Source of the DNA: Eledone cirrhosa
Taxonomy: Eukaryota
Assembly: GCA_964016885.1 (NCBI GenBank)
Contig: OZ024741.1
Location: 197,780,001 to 197,844,000 of the forward strand
DNA length: 64,000 nt
Direction of reading: 5' to 3'
Positions 1 through 12,264 of the stretch are shown one piece after another (positions within the stretch are counted from its first letter, which is position 1; every line of letters starts with the position of its first letter). The translations under genes were made by a program, and so were the position numbers. The notes under the pieces are model-generated. The model saw only the letters and a list, made by a program, of their open reading frames with translations, was not told the DNA's origin and made no database searches.

Positions 1-733
1 TGCCCATCACATCATGTCTCCAGCCCTTATACTGAGTCAGGGCTAGGTGTTTACACTCGGATACAATGTGAGCCACAGTCTCCTCTCTCTCTCCACAGAT
101 CCTTCACAGAGGGCTAGCCTCCTCCTTGTAAATATGGTGTTTCACCCACTTCGTTTTGAGGGCCTGCTCCTGCGCAGCGATTAACATTCCTTCTGTAGCC
201 TTTTTAAGGTCTCCTCTTTTCAACCAGTTCCATGTCTGTAGATCTCTAAATTCAGTTTTCTCAAAGAAGGTGCTATGAAGGGATTTTTACTGAAGGCTGC
301 TCTTTCTCCTTGATGTTATTTCCTCCTTGGACACCCCCTGGCCTATTGTCCCCTCCTTCAGTACAGTTCTGAGCATTGGCTCCTTACTATCAGTCACGTA
401 TTTGTGTAGGTTGTTTTTATTCATCTGAACACAGTCCTCTATGCTGATAAGACCTCTTCCACCTTCAGATCTCCTTAAGTAGAGTCTATCGACATCACTC
501 CTCTTGTGGAACATGTTGTAGATAGTCAATAGCTTCCTAGTCTTCCTATCCATTTCTTTTTGTTCAGCAACATTCCATCTCAGAATTCTCGCACTGTACC
601 TAATAATAGACACAGCTCGGGAATTTACTGCACTTATGGCATTCCTACTGTTCACATGTGACTTTAATACGCTCCTCATTCTCCGAATGTATTCAGTTCT
701 TATCAATTCCTTCATTTTTTTGTTCTTGATGTC

Positions 734-734
<1 letters not shown>
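1..734 (-). mobile_element. Dong/R4-type RLE non-LTR retrotransposon (family Dong-A), 5'-truncated fragment running off the window start
   Basis: ORF 287-715 has the post-RT motif DRKTRKLLT...SDVDRLYLRRSEGGRGL. The downstream sequence is near-identical to 36600-37610 (AAQEQAL, CRICGEREETVAHI). The 5' end abuts an (ATT)n tract. Confidence 0.9.

Positions 735-773
<39 letters not shown>
735..773 (+). repeat. (ATT)n microsatellite between Dong-A and Tx1-A 5' ends
   Basis: Directly visible tract. Confidence 0.95.
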
Positions 774-987
774 GGCGACGTACGTAGGAAATCGTATTAT
801 CGTGAGCTCCTCAAATGTTTATTGTTTTCAGCTGTTTCAAATTGTCATTTATGGAAAATTTTTGTTGTTTAAGTGTTTATAAGTTCACATATATTGCTTT
901 CGGAAAAGGACACTCAAAAAGATTGGGGCGTTGAGCCCAAAATTTAAACATTTATAATTATGAAACAAAAAATTTCTTTGAAAAATC

Positions 988-2370
988 ATGGACGACTCAC
1001 AGCCACACCAAGCTGACAGCCTTCCTCACAAACTAACACCTCACACCAACACCACCATTGTAAATATTACTACGTTTGCCAACACTAAAAATATAAGCAG
1101 TAGCAATAATATAAATTTGTCTCATGCAGACATTCATTTCGCGCCATTTCCCAAAACTGCAGGTGTTAAAGACGCCAGCCCCACCACCACCACAGCGACA
1201 ACAGAAACAAAAGAAAAAAATAAATTATTATCTCGTGACATAGAAATGGATTCACCCAGAATCGACTCTTCCACACCGAACGCCACTGACGCCACCACCA
1301 CCACAACTGAAACTAAAAATAACAATAACAACAACAGCAACAACAACAATGAGAATAACAACAAAAACATCAACACCACCAAAAATGTGACATTTGCAGC
1401 CAAGAAATGCGAAACAATCGAGGTAACTCAGGAGGAATTAAATGAAGCTAAGAGAATGGTAAAGAAAGATGGGTACAAGGTCAGCCTCACCCCCCACCTA
1501 ATAAAATGGAGCATCGGTGCCTATGCACCGTGTCTTATCGGACGATTAACATAAAAATCGCGCTGAGTGGAACGGGCATCCGAGTCCCAAATCCAAAAAG
1601 CTTTGGGACATGTGTGTGCGAAAAAAACCCACATCAGGCGTGGGCAGAAATATGGAACCGTGGACGTGTTCTTTGGAAAACCACAGGAGGCCAGAGAGCA
1701 CTCCATGGCCCCATTAAGAAGCGACGACTTCACACTCGTCCCAAGCTATTGTGGCCAGAGACTCGTGAAGATCAGGGTGACCCACGTTCCACCGGCCATC
1801 GAAATTCCCTGGCTAATGGCTGCCGTCCTCGCCGGCATCGAAGCCAACACCAAAATAATAGAAATGGCAAAAGAAAAGCAGGAGAACTGGTCCAGATCTG
1901 GGATGGAGCTCCTGATCCAAGTGGACCAAAAATGCATTGAGGAGATCCCAGAGGTAATAGACCTCACTGACGGCAGCCACCTCACCGTAATCGTCGAGGG
2001 TAGAAAGCCTAGGTGTGTCGTTTGTGGTGAAGGAACCCACCTCAGAGCTTTCTGCCCTCAGGCTAAAAAGTTGAGGCCACCTCTCTTACCACCCCAGTGA
2101 CTCAACCATCAACACCACCAGCAGCAGAAATGGCAACAACAACAGAAGCAACTGTAACAGCAACAACCCCAGCAACAGTAGCAAAACCAACACCACCACC
2201 CAACGCGTCAGAACTACACCATCCACCACGTCACAACCAAAACCAACGCCTGTGGAGGATTTTCCACTCCCCGACCTATTGCAACGCAAGACAGATTGTG
2301 ACGACGAGGAGTGGGAAACGGTATCAGGAAAAAAGAAAAAAAGAAAAAGAAGCCAAAATAGAAAAAATCC
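988..2370 (+). pseudogene. Tx1-A ORF1 (gag-like nucleic-acid-binding protein with zinc knuckle), interrupted
   Basis: Pieces 988-1554, 1567-2100 and 2252-2370. Low-complexity N-terminus, CCHC motif, and EWETVSGKKKKRK basic tail typical of L1/Tx1 ORF1. Confidence 0.8.
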
Positions 2371-2374
2371 GAGG

Positions 2375-5300
2375 TTTGGATCTCGCCATACGGGCTATCT
2401 TCCTGGAACCCAGAAGGTAAGTTGGTGGTGCTGGACGTGACCAGCGGAGACGGGCAAGCTTTCAGGTTACTGGCCGTCTATGCCCCGACAGGAGCAGAGC
2501 GGCCTGATTTCTTCCAGCGTCTGGAGACCTTTCCTGGAACGTCGTGCTCTTTAGTGTTAGTGGGCGACTGGAACGGTATCTTAGATGCACGCTGGGACTG
2601 TGTGGGATTAGCGGATAGGGGAGCAGGGTACAAGAGCCTCACCAACCTGCTCAGGCGTTTTGAACTGTCTGACAGGTACCGATTGGATTTTCCGAATGTG
2701 CCAATGTGGTCTTGGACAAACCGCATAGGGTCATCCAGATCATATCTAGATAGAGTATTTTGTAGGGAAATAGATAGGTCTATCATAGGCTGTCCACAAT
2801 TCAAGATAGTCAGCTACACGGACAACAAATTCGTGACTTGTGTGCATAGACGAGGACCCGGCTACTGGAAGCTAAACGCGTCCTTACCAGCGCGCAAGGC
2901 CTACAGAGACCGGATTAGCGAACTAGTTAAGCGGGCGTTGACGGGGGTCATCGTCAACAACAAGTGGTGGTTTGCTCTGAAAAGAGCAATTAGAATAGAG
3001 TCCATTGGGTTTAGTAAGGCTTTAGCAATAGAGAAAAATAGAGCAGAGGGAGAATTAGTTAGAAAATTAGACGAAGCGCTTAGCAAAGGCATCGCGACCG
3101 ACGTACTTGCGGGGAAATTGGCCCTTGACCAATTCTTCAATGCAAAGCACGAAGGCTGCGTTGTCAGAGCTAGGGTGCGTGCTATCAGACACGAGGGGAC
3201 GAAAGCCGTTCAATGGGCCCGAGTGGCAGAGACGCGTCGTGGCAACAAAGCCACGATCCGGTCTTTGGTGGACCACGACGGGTGCATGCTACTCGATCCC
3301 GGGCAAATGTGTGAAGCTTTTCAGCGACACTTCCCACAGCTGTTCGGGGGCAGCGGCGGGCCGGATCGAGGGATGGACTTTAGTGTTTACCTCGACGGAC
3401 TGCCGCGGCTCTCGGCCACTGAGGCGGAGTCTTGCGAAAAGCCGATAACAGCCGTTGAAGTACGGGAGCCAATGACTGGCTGCACAAGGGGTAAATCGCC
3501 TGGTTTGGATGGTCTGCCCTATGAACTTTGCGTACAGATACCAGACTTGTTCGGAGGCCTCTTGGCGGACGTCTACTGCAACTGGCAATAGAACGGGAGA
3601 ATTCCCAGCTCTGTGAGCCTAGGAGCTGTGGCGCTACTGAGAAAGGATCCGAACAAAGGGGATAACATAGATAATGTTAGGCACATAACTCTGCTAAACA
3701 CAGAGTTCAAGATTTTGGCCAAGGTGCTAGCAAAGAGGTTGGCGCTTGTCGTTGGTGGTCTGGTGGGAGAGGCGCAGACATGCGCCATTCCCGACAGATC
3801 CATCCACGACAACCTCCACCTCATGCGATACATTGTAGAGACGGTAGCTAGGGAACCTGCCACGGGTGGGTCCTTGATCAATTTAGATCAGTCGAAAGCT
3901 TTCGATAGGGTCTTCCATCGTTACCTTGTGGGCGACTGACTTTGGGCCCGTCTTCAGAGGCTGGATCGCTGCCATGCACAGCGACATCTCCTCTGTGGTG
4001 AGAGTGAACGGTCACCTTTCGGAACCGTTCAACATCATGCGCTCGGTCCGCCAAGGATGTCCCCTCTCGTCCCTCTTGTATGTATTGACTCTCGAACCAT
4101 TACTGCACAAACTGGAGACGTTGAGGGGGGTCCCGCGCGAACTAGGATGCAGAAGGTCCGTATCAGCATATGCGGACGATGTCACCGAAGTGGTGTCAAA
4201 CGCCAAACACATCGAGGCGATCGGCACTAAACTAAGAGAATACGAAGCGGTGACAGGAGCAATGATCAACCAGGAAAAGTTAGTGAGCCTGCAGCTCGGC
4301 ACCTGGTGAGGCAGGTCCATGCCGTCCAACAGCGTCGTCGGGCGCTGGACGGACGGACCGGTTAAATTGCTAGGGGTCTGGTTCGGTCCGGACCTCCAGA
4401 CGGACAAAAACTGGGACGAGGTGACGAGCAGGGTGGCTTCTCTCACCCAGAAATGGGCGGAGAGGAAGCTATCGCTGATAGGTCGAGCGGAGGTGGCTAA
4501 CGCGTACATCGCGTCCGTCATCTACTACCGCCTAACCGTCGTACCTTTCCTAAGCCCCGCCTGACTGCGCTGGAGGGTTTGCTCTTTAGCTTTTTGTGGA
4601 AGGGACGCGCTCCGATGGTCAGGCGGTCTATTTGCTGTCAACACCCGCTACGTGGAGGGCTGGGCATGCCGTGGCTGATGATGCGCAGACACGCGCTCAG
4701 GCTACGACATCTCCACCTCTTCCTCGACGGTCATCAGGTGTGGTCGCCGTTTACTAGACACGTCTTTCCCCAGCTCGTCTCCTTGACGGAGCTGCAGTCC
4801 TGGGTCAAACGAAGACCGAGAGGGAGCGCTTGGAGACTGGAATGTCTTCAGGCGCTCACAGCCCTCGACCAATCGGGCAATGTGATCGCTGGAAACTCCA
4901 CCTTGGCGTTCTATAGAGGATTAATGGAGGGGAAAAGCGACGACGTACTTGGAGAAACTCTAGGCGTCGACGAAAATCAACTAGCCAATCTCTTCGGAAG
5001 GACTTTCGGGCCGAGGCCTATGGACAACTTCCAGAAATCCCTGGCCTGGCAGTGCTACCGAGGAGCTTTGCCAGTTCGGGATAAACTCTACAGGCATGGA
5101 GGTGCCGTCAGCCGGGCATGTCCGAGATGCGCCCAGGGCGACGAAACCGTCCAGCACGCACTCGTCCAGTGTCCGAGCATTGCTGACTTGTGGGTTTATG
5201 TCGAACACCTGCTGTCACGTGTAGGACGGATCCAGCTGGATATCAACTGAGTCCATCGTGAGGATTGCCCCACCCTCTTCCTTTAGCCGGGAAGGGCAAG

Positions 5301-5539
5301 CAGTTTTTATCTATCTGGTGGCCATGGCAAAAGTGATAGTATGGTGGACACGTTTGAAAGGGCTGAAGACGAGCACTTACCTCTTCGGTGATGCCCTGAT
5401 TAACCTTTTCAAATTTCATTTGAAAAGGAAAATTAGAGTAGAGAGGGAAATGCTCTCTTCCCAGCATTTTGTTGAAAGATGGGTGAGAGAAGCAAGTATG
5501 GCACGAGTGAATGGGCCTACTCTGAGTATGTGTCTGTAA
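2375..5539 (+). pseudogene. Tx1-A ORF2 (APE endonuclease + reverse transcriptase + zf-RVT), frameshifted
   Basis: ORF pieces 2422-3591, 3613-3939, 3926-4309, 4319-4564, 4579-5250 and 5258-5539 are collinear with a LINE ORF2. Confidence 0.9.
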
Positions 5540-5791
5540 ATTAAAGGTGGAAAACTGGGAGAGGGCGCTTGCCATGGTGGTCAGGGTCACTGTGGCCTTT
5601 TTAATGGGCTTTCTCCACAAATGTCCCTCGGAAGTCTCCCCCCTATTGGGAAATTTTTCATTGTTATTCTATATTACATCCTCTGTTTTTTTTACACGCA
5701 GAAATGCCCATTTTACCGTCCTGTATTGTCCTGTACTGTCCTTAATGTCTACTTTATGTAAACCCTTTTGGTTAATAAAGAAAACATTATA

Positions 5792-5835
<44 letters not shown>

Positions 5836-6521
5836 CATCATTATTGTCGTTATTATGTTTTTTTTTTTTCGCGCAATGGCCATACTCGATAATGAGTGGG
5901 CAGCCATGATGTGAAGATACTTTTCTGTCACAATTAATTATTTAAATGTAGCCTTAATTTGGAACAAAACAATTACATTGTCAGCTGTCTATATCAGACA
6001 CTCGTCACAAATGTTCATCGAATAACTTTGTTACACTCCTCACAAAATATTGTTATTCGCTTAAGAAACAAAATACTAAATTAATACACGAGGTAAAAGC
6101 TGGTGACAGGGGAAAGGCAAATCATTCAAATTTATTGTGAATGTTATTTCTGAGCTATTCATTGCCATCTTTTCTTTGACGTAAGCAGACACTTCACCTA
6201 ACCTATGAGATGTATTTTAACGAAAGTCAATAAAACTGTGCTTTTATTGACATCTTTCTTCCAAGCTAATGAGAAGTGACTTATGCCCTCACTACTCCCG
6301 TAACTCACAGTTCACATATTGTATACCAGCTAGTTTCTATGGGTATGTGTGTATGTGTGTGAGTATGTGCCCCCCCCCTCCTCTCTCTCTCTTTCTGCCT
6401 CTGTGTTTGTGTGTTTGACTGTGTGCCTATATGTATTTACATATCTGTAATATTTTTTGTTTGTGTCTGTGTGTGTATGCACCTATGAGTTACTATTGCA
6501 GTATATCAATAATTGTGTATA

Positions 6522-6552
<31 letters not shown>

Positions 6553-6605
6553 TGACATGTGTGTGCATCTATGTAAGTCAATGCATTTCTGTGCATGTAT
6601 GATTA

Positions 6606-6646
<41 letters not shown>

Positions 6647-6648
<2 letters not shown>

Positions 6649-7777
6649 GAAAGACGTAAATAAGAAAGTTATGAAAATTGACTTACTTACTAAAATTTCA
6701 CTGTATGTAATAACTATAATAACTATAAATATATGTAATAACTATAGAGAAGCCTTACGTCATCAGGGAGTCTATTCTCAGCTAAGTTTCCAGGCAATGC
6801 GGGGACACTGGGAACTTATATAAAAATAATTCAGTGGATGGAAAAAAAGAGCGGGGCTAGATTCCATGCCATTGAAAAATTCACTGCCTTCTTGGTCAAG
6901 TGGCAAATTCAAAAGAATCAATCACGTGACACTGAGGTTAACCAGCTTGGAGTGGGGGTGATAATAAGACAGAGCCTAGCTACTACTATCAGTCACAGTA
7001 GTAATTTGGCAAATTTTGCTCAACAAATAATTTGGAGGTAATTATAAAGAATTAATATATCTACCGACATATGTATACCGATGCATACCTATGCTAGCAG
7101 ATATATATGTTTTGTCTTAGTAACTTTGTGGTTCTATGCAGGGGAATGCAGAACAATTATATGAAAGACGTAAATAAGAAAGTTATGAAAATTGACTTAC
7201 TTACTAAAATTTCACTCCCACTAATTAGTTTCTGTAAGGGGATAAATATAGTTATGTAATAACTATAGAGAAGCCTTACGTCATCAGGGAGTCTATTCTC
7301 AGCTAAGTTTCCAGGCAATGCGGGGACACTGGGAACTTATATAAAAATAATTCAGTGGATGGAAAAAACGAGCGGGGCTAGATTCCAAGCCATTGAAAAA
7401 TTCACTGCCTTCTTGGTCAAGTGGCAAATTCAAAAGAATCAATCACGTGACACTGAGGTTAACCAGCTTGGAGTGGGGGTGCTAATAAGACAGAGCCTAG
7501 CTACTACTATCAGTCACAGTAGTAATTTGGCAAATTTTGCTCAACACATAATTTGGAGGTAATTATAAAGAATTAATATATCTACCGACATATGTATACC
7601 GATGCATACCTATGCTAGCAGATATATATGTTTTGTCTTAGTAACTTTGTGGTTCTATGCAGGGGAATGCAGAACAATTATATGAAAGACGTAAATAAGA
7701 AAGTTATGAAAATTGACTTACTTATTAAAATTTCACTCCAACTAATTAGTTTCTGTAAGGGGATAAATATAGTTATG

Positions 7778-7780
<3 letters not shown>
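6647..7780 (-). mobile_element. Tandem array (~2.2 units of ~521 bp) with one hammerhead ribozyme per unit; retrozyme / Penelope pLTR-like
   Basis: Unit starts at 6647, 7161 and 7682 (ATGAAAGACGTAAATAAG). Flanked by (TA)n on both sides. HHR motif on the minus strand. Confidence 0.8.
7214..7292 (-). ncRNA. Type I hammerhead ribozyme motif
   Basis: Minus strand: ACTCC-CTGATGA-CGTAAGG...CCTTACA-GAAAC-TAATTA-GTG-GGAGT. Stem I is ACTCC/GGAGT and stem III is palindromic. The cleavage triplet is GTG here but GTT in the third unit (~7740). Confidence 0.82.
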
Positions 7781-7836
<56 letters not shown>

Positions 7837-7840
<4 letters not shown>

Positions 7841-8360
7841 AAGAGTGAAGAATAACATGGTCGGTTGTACAAAAAGGGTTTTATTTACAGTATTCACAAT
7901 TGTTTCATTGGTCAGGTGAGGCTAAAGGCCGCTGATCACTCGAAATTGCGTCACTCGACCTTAAATACAGTGTGTCTCTGATCAAATCATCGGAATACTG
8001 GAGGGTGTAAGACATGACACTGGTATTTATAGATACATTGCAGAATACCGATGTATCTATAAATACCAGTGCCATGTGTTACACCAATTTCGAGTGATCA
8101 ACGGCCTTTAGACTCACCTGATCAATGAAACAATTGTTAATACTGTAAATAAAACCCTTTCTGTACATCCAACCATGTTATTCTTCACTCTTTCACTATT
8201 ATTAATCCAAGAATAACATGTATGAGAATTCTCGCAAACTCGCCACCTAACTAAGGAAACCTCCTGTTGAGTCAAACAACGCCGTACGTTAAAACTATCC
8301 ATAGTACAGAGTACTCACAACCTCTAACTGGATTACCTAAAACGATAACTTGTTATCCCA
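7837..8360. mobile_element. Fold-back non-coding Penelope-like element, family C
   Basis: 7837-7950 is inverted at ~8086-8198, with an internal palindrome at 8004-8085. The right arm carries a ~160-nt extra tail also seen at 9113-9275 and 46015-46175. (TA)n flanks. Confidence 0.75.
7888..8000 (-). ncRNA. Degenerate type I hammerhead with long stem II (family C)
   Basis: Minus strand: CAGTATT-CCGATGA-TTTGATCAG...CTGACCAAT-GAAAC-AATT-GTG-AATACTG; 7-bp stem I. Confidence 0.7.
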
Positions 8361-8382
8361 TACATACATATATATATATAAA

Positions 8383-8560
8383 TCAGGATGGATTCACTTA
8401 GAAACTGGTTAGAGCATTACTCACCAGAGTATTCAATACCTGGGGTAGTAGAGTATGGTTATATGAATGAGTCAGGACCCCGACGGCTGAGCTCTTGCTG
8501 TTTCAACAGCTGTCTGGAACTAGGTGTTGAATGGCAGGAGCTCAGCCGTACTTTGCGTGA
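8383..8560 (-). mobile_element. Diverged fragment of family B HHR element
   Basis: CACCAGAGTATTCAATACCTGGGGTAGTAGAGT...GACCCCGACGGCTGAGCTC matches 58620-58700 and 60510-60590. Confidence 0.65.
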
Positions 8561-8610
8561 GTAATATTTTTATTTAACTTCTAAATTTGTATATCTCCGT
8601 TTAAAATTTA

Positions 8611-8684
<74 letters not shown>

Positions 8685-8840
8685 TAAAAGAGAAAACACA
8701 GGTAAGCATTAAGAGAAGGATTTTATCCAGGTATTTACGACGTGGAGTTACCCCTAACCGTACGTTGAAACCATCCATGAAACTGGCTTTCTTAACCACG
8801 AACTGGATCACAAAAAGCAATTTTCTGATCCCTAACTATA

Positions 8841-8918
<78 letters not shown>

Positions 8919-8969
8919 ATATATACATTCACAGTATTAACAAAAATAGAACTTCATTGTGACCAAGTA

Positions 8970-9036
8970 TATTTTATTATACATATTTCAGAGGTACTGA
9001 GCTAACTTCAACAGTACGTCCTCATCAGATAAAATA
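8970..9036 (-). ncRNA. Type I hammerhead ribozyme (minimal, family D-related)
   Basis: Minus strand: TATTTTAT-CTGATGA-GGACGTACTG...CAGTACCTCT-GAAA-TATGTATA-ATAAAATA; perfect 8-bp stem I and intact core. Confidence 0.85.
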
Positions 9037-9112
9037 AGATGATGCATAACATACCCTGACATAGTAGATGGCTAAGATCCAGTCATGGTAGTGAGTCATA
9101 TATATATATATA

Positions 9113-9680
9113 TGGGATAACAAGTTATCGTTATAGGTAATCCAGTTAGAGGTTGTGGGTACTCTGTACTATGGCTAGTTTTAATGTACGGCTGTTTTTG
9201 ACTCAGCAAGATGCTTCCATAGTTACGCAGCGAGTTCGCGGTAATTTCTATGCAGGTTATACTTGGAGTAATAATAGTTAAAGGATGAAGATTAAAATGG
9301 TTGGCTGTACAATAAGGGCTTTATTTAAAGTACTGACAATTGTTTCGTTGTTCATGTGGGTCTAGAGTGCGCTAATCGCTTGAGGCTGCGTTATTCGATC
9401 TCCAATACATTATTCACCTCTGGTCAACACATCAGAGTACGTAGATATGAAATTAATTCACTCGAGGCAAGACTTATAGAGAAAAATAGTGTATAATTAA
9501 AACAATAACATCAATAATAAAATAGCGTATAATCTAAACAATAACATCAATAATAATAAATGTATGGTAAATAGGTAGAGAAGTTACAGATGTAAAAAGT
9601 AAAAGTAAAACATAAGATAGGGTACTTTAAATAAAGCCCTTATTGTACAGCCAACCATGTTAATCTTCATTCTTTAACTA
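9113..9680. mobile_element. Fold-back non-coding Penelope-like element, family C, with HHR at 9330-9440 (-)
   Basis: The tailed arm on the minus strand reads GTACT-CTGATGT-GTTG...CAAC-GAAAC-AATT-GTC-AGTAC. A short untailed inverted copy lies at 9622-9680. (TA)n flanks. Confidence 0.75.
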
Positions 9681-9696
9681 TATATATATATATATA

Positions 9697-10622
9697 TATC
9701 TGTATATATATAAAATATGTATGTGTGTGTGTGTCTGTCTGTGTAGTACCACCTATAGGGGCCTATATCTTACGATCGATTTTCATGAAACTTTACAGGC
9801 TCATATATTAGTCATCGGGGAGTGTTTTCTATATATCAGCGTATAGCTTTTTTTTTATTCCGGGGTCACTGTGCAGATAAAAATCGATAGGGGTGTCACC
9901 TTTTTTAAGGTATCGAAAAATAAGATTTTGGCTCTAGCTCCCACATTTTGCGACCGATTTCGTTCAAATTTTAAAGCAAAATAGAATTTATCATTGCACA
10001 TCCTGTAATCGCTTTATATTTTGCATTTGTTGTTCAGGGACGGCGTGGCAGTCGCTTAAATATTCAAAAATACCACTTTTAGACTCAAATTTCCAGACTT
10101 TAGCTCCCACATTAATCATCCTAGTTTGTTCAAATTTTACACTACGCTAGATCTGATTATTTCACGTCTTAAAGTGGCTTTACATTTTGGCAGCCGCTTA
10201 AATATTCGAAAATACCACCTTTTCGCTCAAATTTCTGCCTTTTCCGTTCTAGCTCCCACATTTTTCAATCGATTTCGTTCAAATTCGAAACTTCGGCTCC
10301 ACCTCACACATAAATCAATTTATTTGGTTCAACTTTTATACTACGATACAACCTTTTATACTACGATACAACCTATCATTGCACATCTTATAGTTGCTTT
10401 ACACTTTGCATTCTTTGTTCAGGGACGGCGTGGCAGCCGTTTAACTCTTCAAAATACGATTTTTTCCACCTTCCACATATTCCATACGATTTCACTCAAC
10501 ATTTCGCCTTTTGCTACACCTTACGACCGATTTTCAAGAAACTCGCAGTCGCTAAGATCAACACCTTTTCATCAAAGCAGATATTAATTTACCTACCCAG
10601 ACAACGCTGGGTACTGCTGCTA

Positions 10623-10624
<2 letters not shown>
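9697..10624 (+). mobile_element. Non-autonomous Helitron
   Basis: 5' TC...ATATAAAA plus (GT/CTGT)n and CGATTTTCATGAAACTT. Internal imperfect repeats. 3' hairpin CCCAGACAACGCTGGG followed by CTAG|T. Confidence 0.7.
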
Positions 10625-10706
<82 letters not shown>

Positions 10707-10934
10707 CGTGTGTATGTATATATGTATGTATCTTTACAATTCTCCTTTTCTTTATTTCTCCCCCTACCTCTCTACTCCTTCCCTTTATTGTATGAAGTCT
10801 ATAATCATATTGAAGTGTCTGTCTGTCTGTCTGTTTATTTCTCAGTTTAGCACCAATATTATCTGTTTCACTTGTCTGTTGTCAGACTGCTCCAAAATGA
10901 GAGTAATATGCATAGTTTATGTTAAACCAACAGC

Positions 10935-11630
10935 CGTAATAGATTAGCTCTTATTTTTGAAGGATATTCTTTTGCAATCCAGGAATAGAAATACCAACGA
11001 AATCCTTATGCACAAAAAGAATAGAAATGACGGTAAAATACCTAGGTGCGACAGCAGATGCAAAATCTGTAGAATAAACACCAAGGATGTCACTCACAGC
11101 TTACGAAGCAATTTGAAATTGTCATCACAGTACTATCTTCCTATAAGGCATAGTGTATTGTTCAAAACACTATATAATGTATTCCGTAGAAAAAATAATT
11201 TTGAAGATAAAAATATCAAAAGTTACAGCGATGTCGGAGGTATAGACACAAATAATATAAAAGAATACTGGTGAAATATTCATCTCAAACTCCAATAATA
11301 TATAAACATAACAGACTAGACATAATGATATGGGACATAGAAAAGAAAGCATGCAGAGTAGTAGAAATTAGCTGTCTAGCAGATGCTAATATAGCGTTAG
11401 AGATTAGTGAAAAGAAGAATATCTATGGTGAACTAATGAGGAGCCTGCAGATACATATGTATATGAGCACATATATAATTCAAAATATAGAGCTACGTAT
11501 GCAATGATATACATACCGACATGTGTAGACGCACATACTTACCTAGTTGGTGTTGTCTAAATTCAAAAGAAATACACTTTGAAACTGACTCTCTCACTGA
11601 AGAATTAAAAAAAATAAAACCAAAACATAC
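10935..11630 (+). mobile_element. Dong/R4-type LINE 3' fragment (family Dong-B), degenerate
   Basis: CDSRCKIC...DVTH and HNRLDIMIWD...VVEISC RLE motifs. Ends in ATAAAACC plus (CATA)n. Confidence 0.8.
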
Positions 11631-11687
11631 AAACGTACATACATACACACATACATCCATACATACATGCATATACATGCATGCATG

Positions 11688-12101
11688 CATGGTGGCTGCC
11701 AACTCGTTTTCGAGTACGGCCACTACCTTATATCCATGTAGGAGAACCCCTACCGATGCGTTGAACGAGTGTGACTTTTTAGTCCAGCCAGTGACTTGAA
11801 AACTCTGGTACAAACACTACACTTGTGACAATTATTGACACATAGTGCTGGGCCCATGGTACCATGTGACGACAAGTGCAGAGAGATCTCCAGATACAAA
11901 GCAATGCCTGTGCCGTGAAGCTTTTATAGTGAGCAAAGGCACTGCACAAAGCCAGTCCCACTCTCTTAACCAAGATGATATTTACCAAAAAGAAGAACAG
12001 GTCAACATCATTGGATACCATCAGGGTTGCAGGTGTTATATCAGAGTTTTCCTTCTCCTTGAATTCTGCCTTGACAAAGGCTAAGGGGTCGTCTCTCCCT
12101 G
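11688..12101 (-). mobile_element. RTE-derived bipartite non-autonomous element (family E), diverged copy
   Basis: Minus strand contains CCTTAGCCTTTGTCAAGGCAG...GGAGAAGGAAAACTCTGA (RTE 5'UTR-like) and ends GGCAGCCA plus (TATG)n. Homologous to 12437-12820 and 43311-44123. Confidence 0.55.
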
Positions 12102-12264
12102 TATGTATGTATGTATGTATGTATGTATATATGCATGCATGCATATATACATACATACATGTATATATATATGCATGCATGCATATATACATACATGCAT
12201 ACATACATACATACATACATACATACATACATACATACATACATACATACATACATACATACAG

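Larger units (their letters stand above)
774..5790 (+). mobile_element. Near full-length but degenerate L1/Tx1-clade LINE (Tx1-A)
   Basis: ORF1 with CCHC knuckle (CVVCGEGTHLRAFC). ORF2 with APE motifs (AVYAP, LVGDWN, SYLDR), RT motifs (KSPGLDGLP, LDQSKAFDRV, VRQGCPLS, AYADD) and zf-RVT (CPRC...H...C). AATAAA is followed by an (ATT)n tail. There are several stops/frameshifts and an apparent deletion of the ORF1/ORF2 junction near 2375. Confidence 0.93.
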
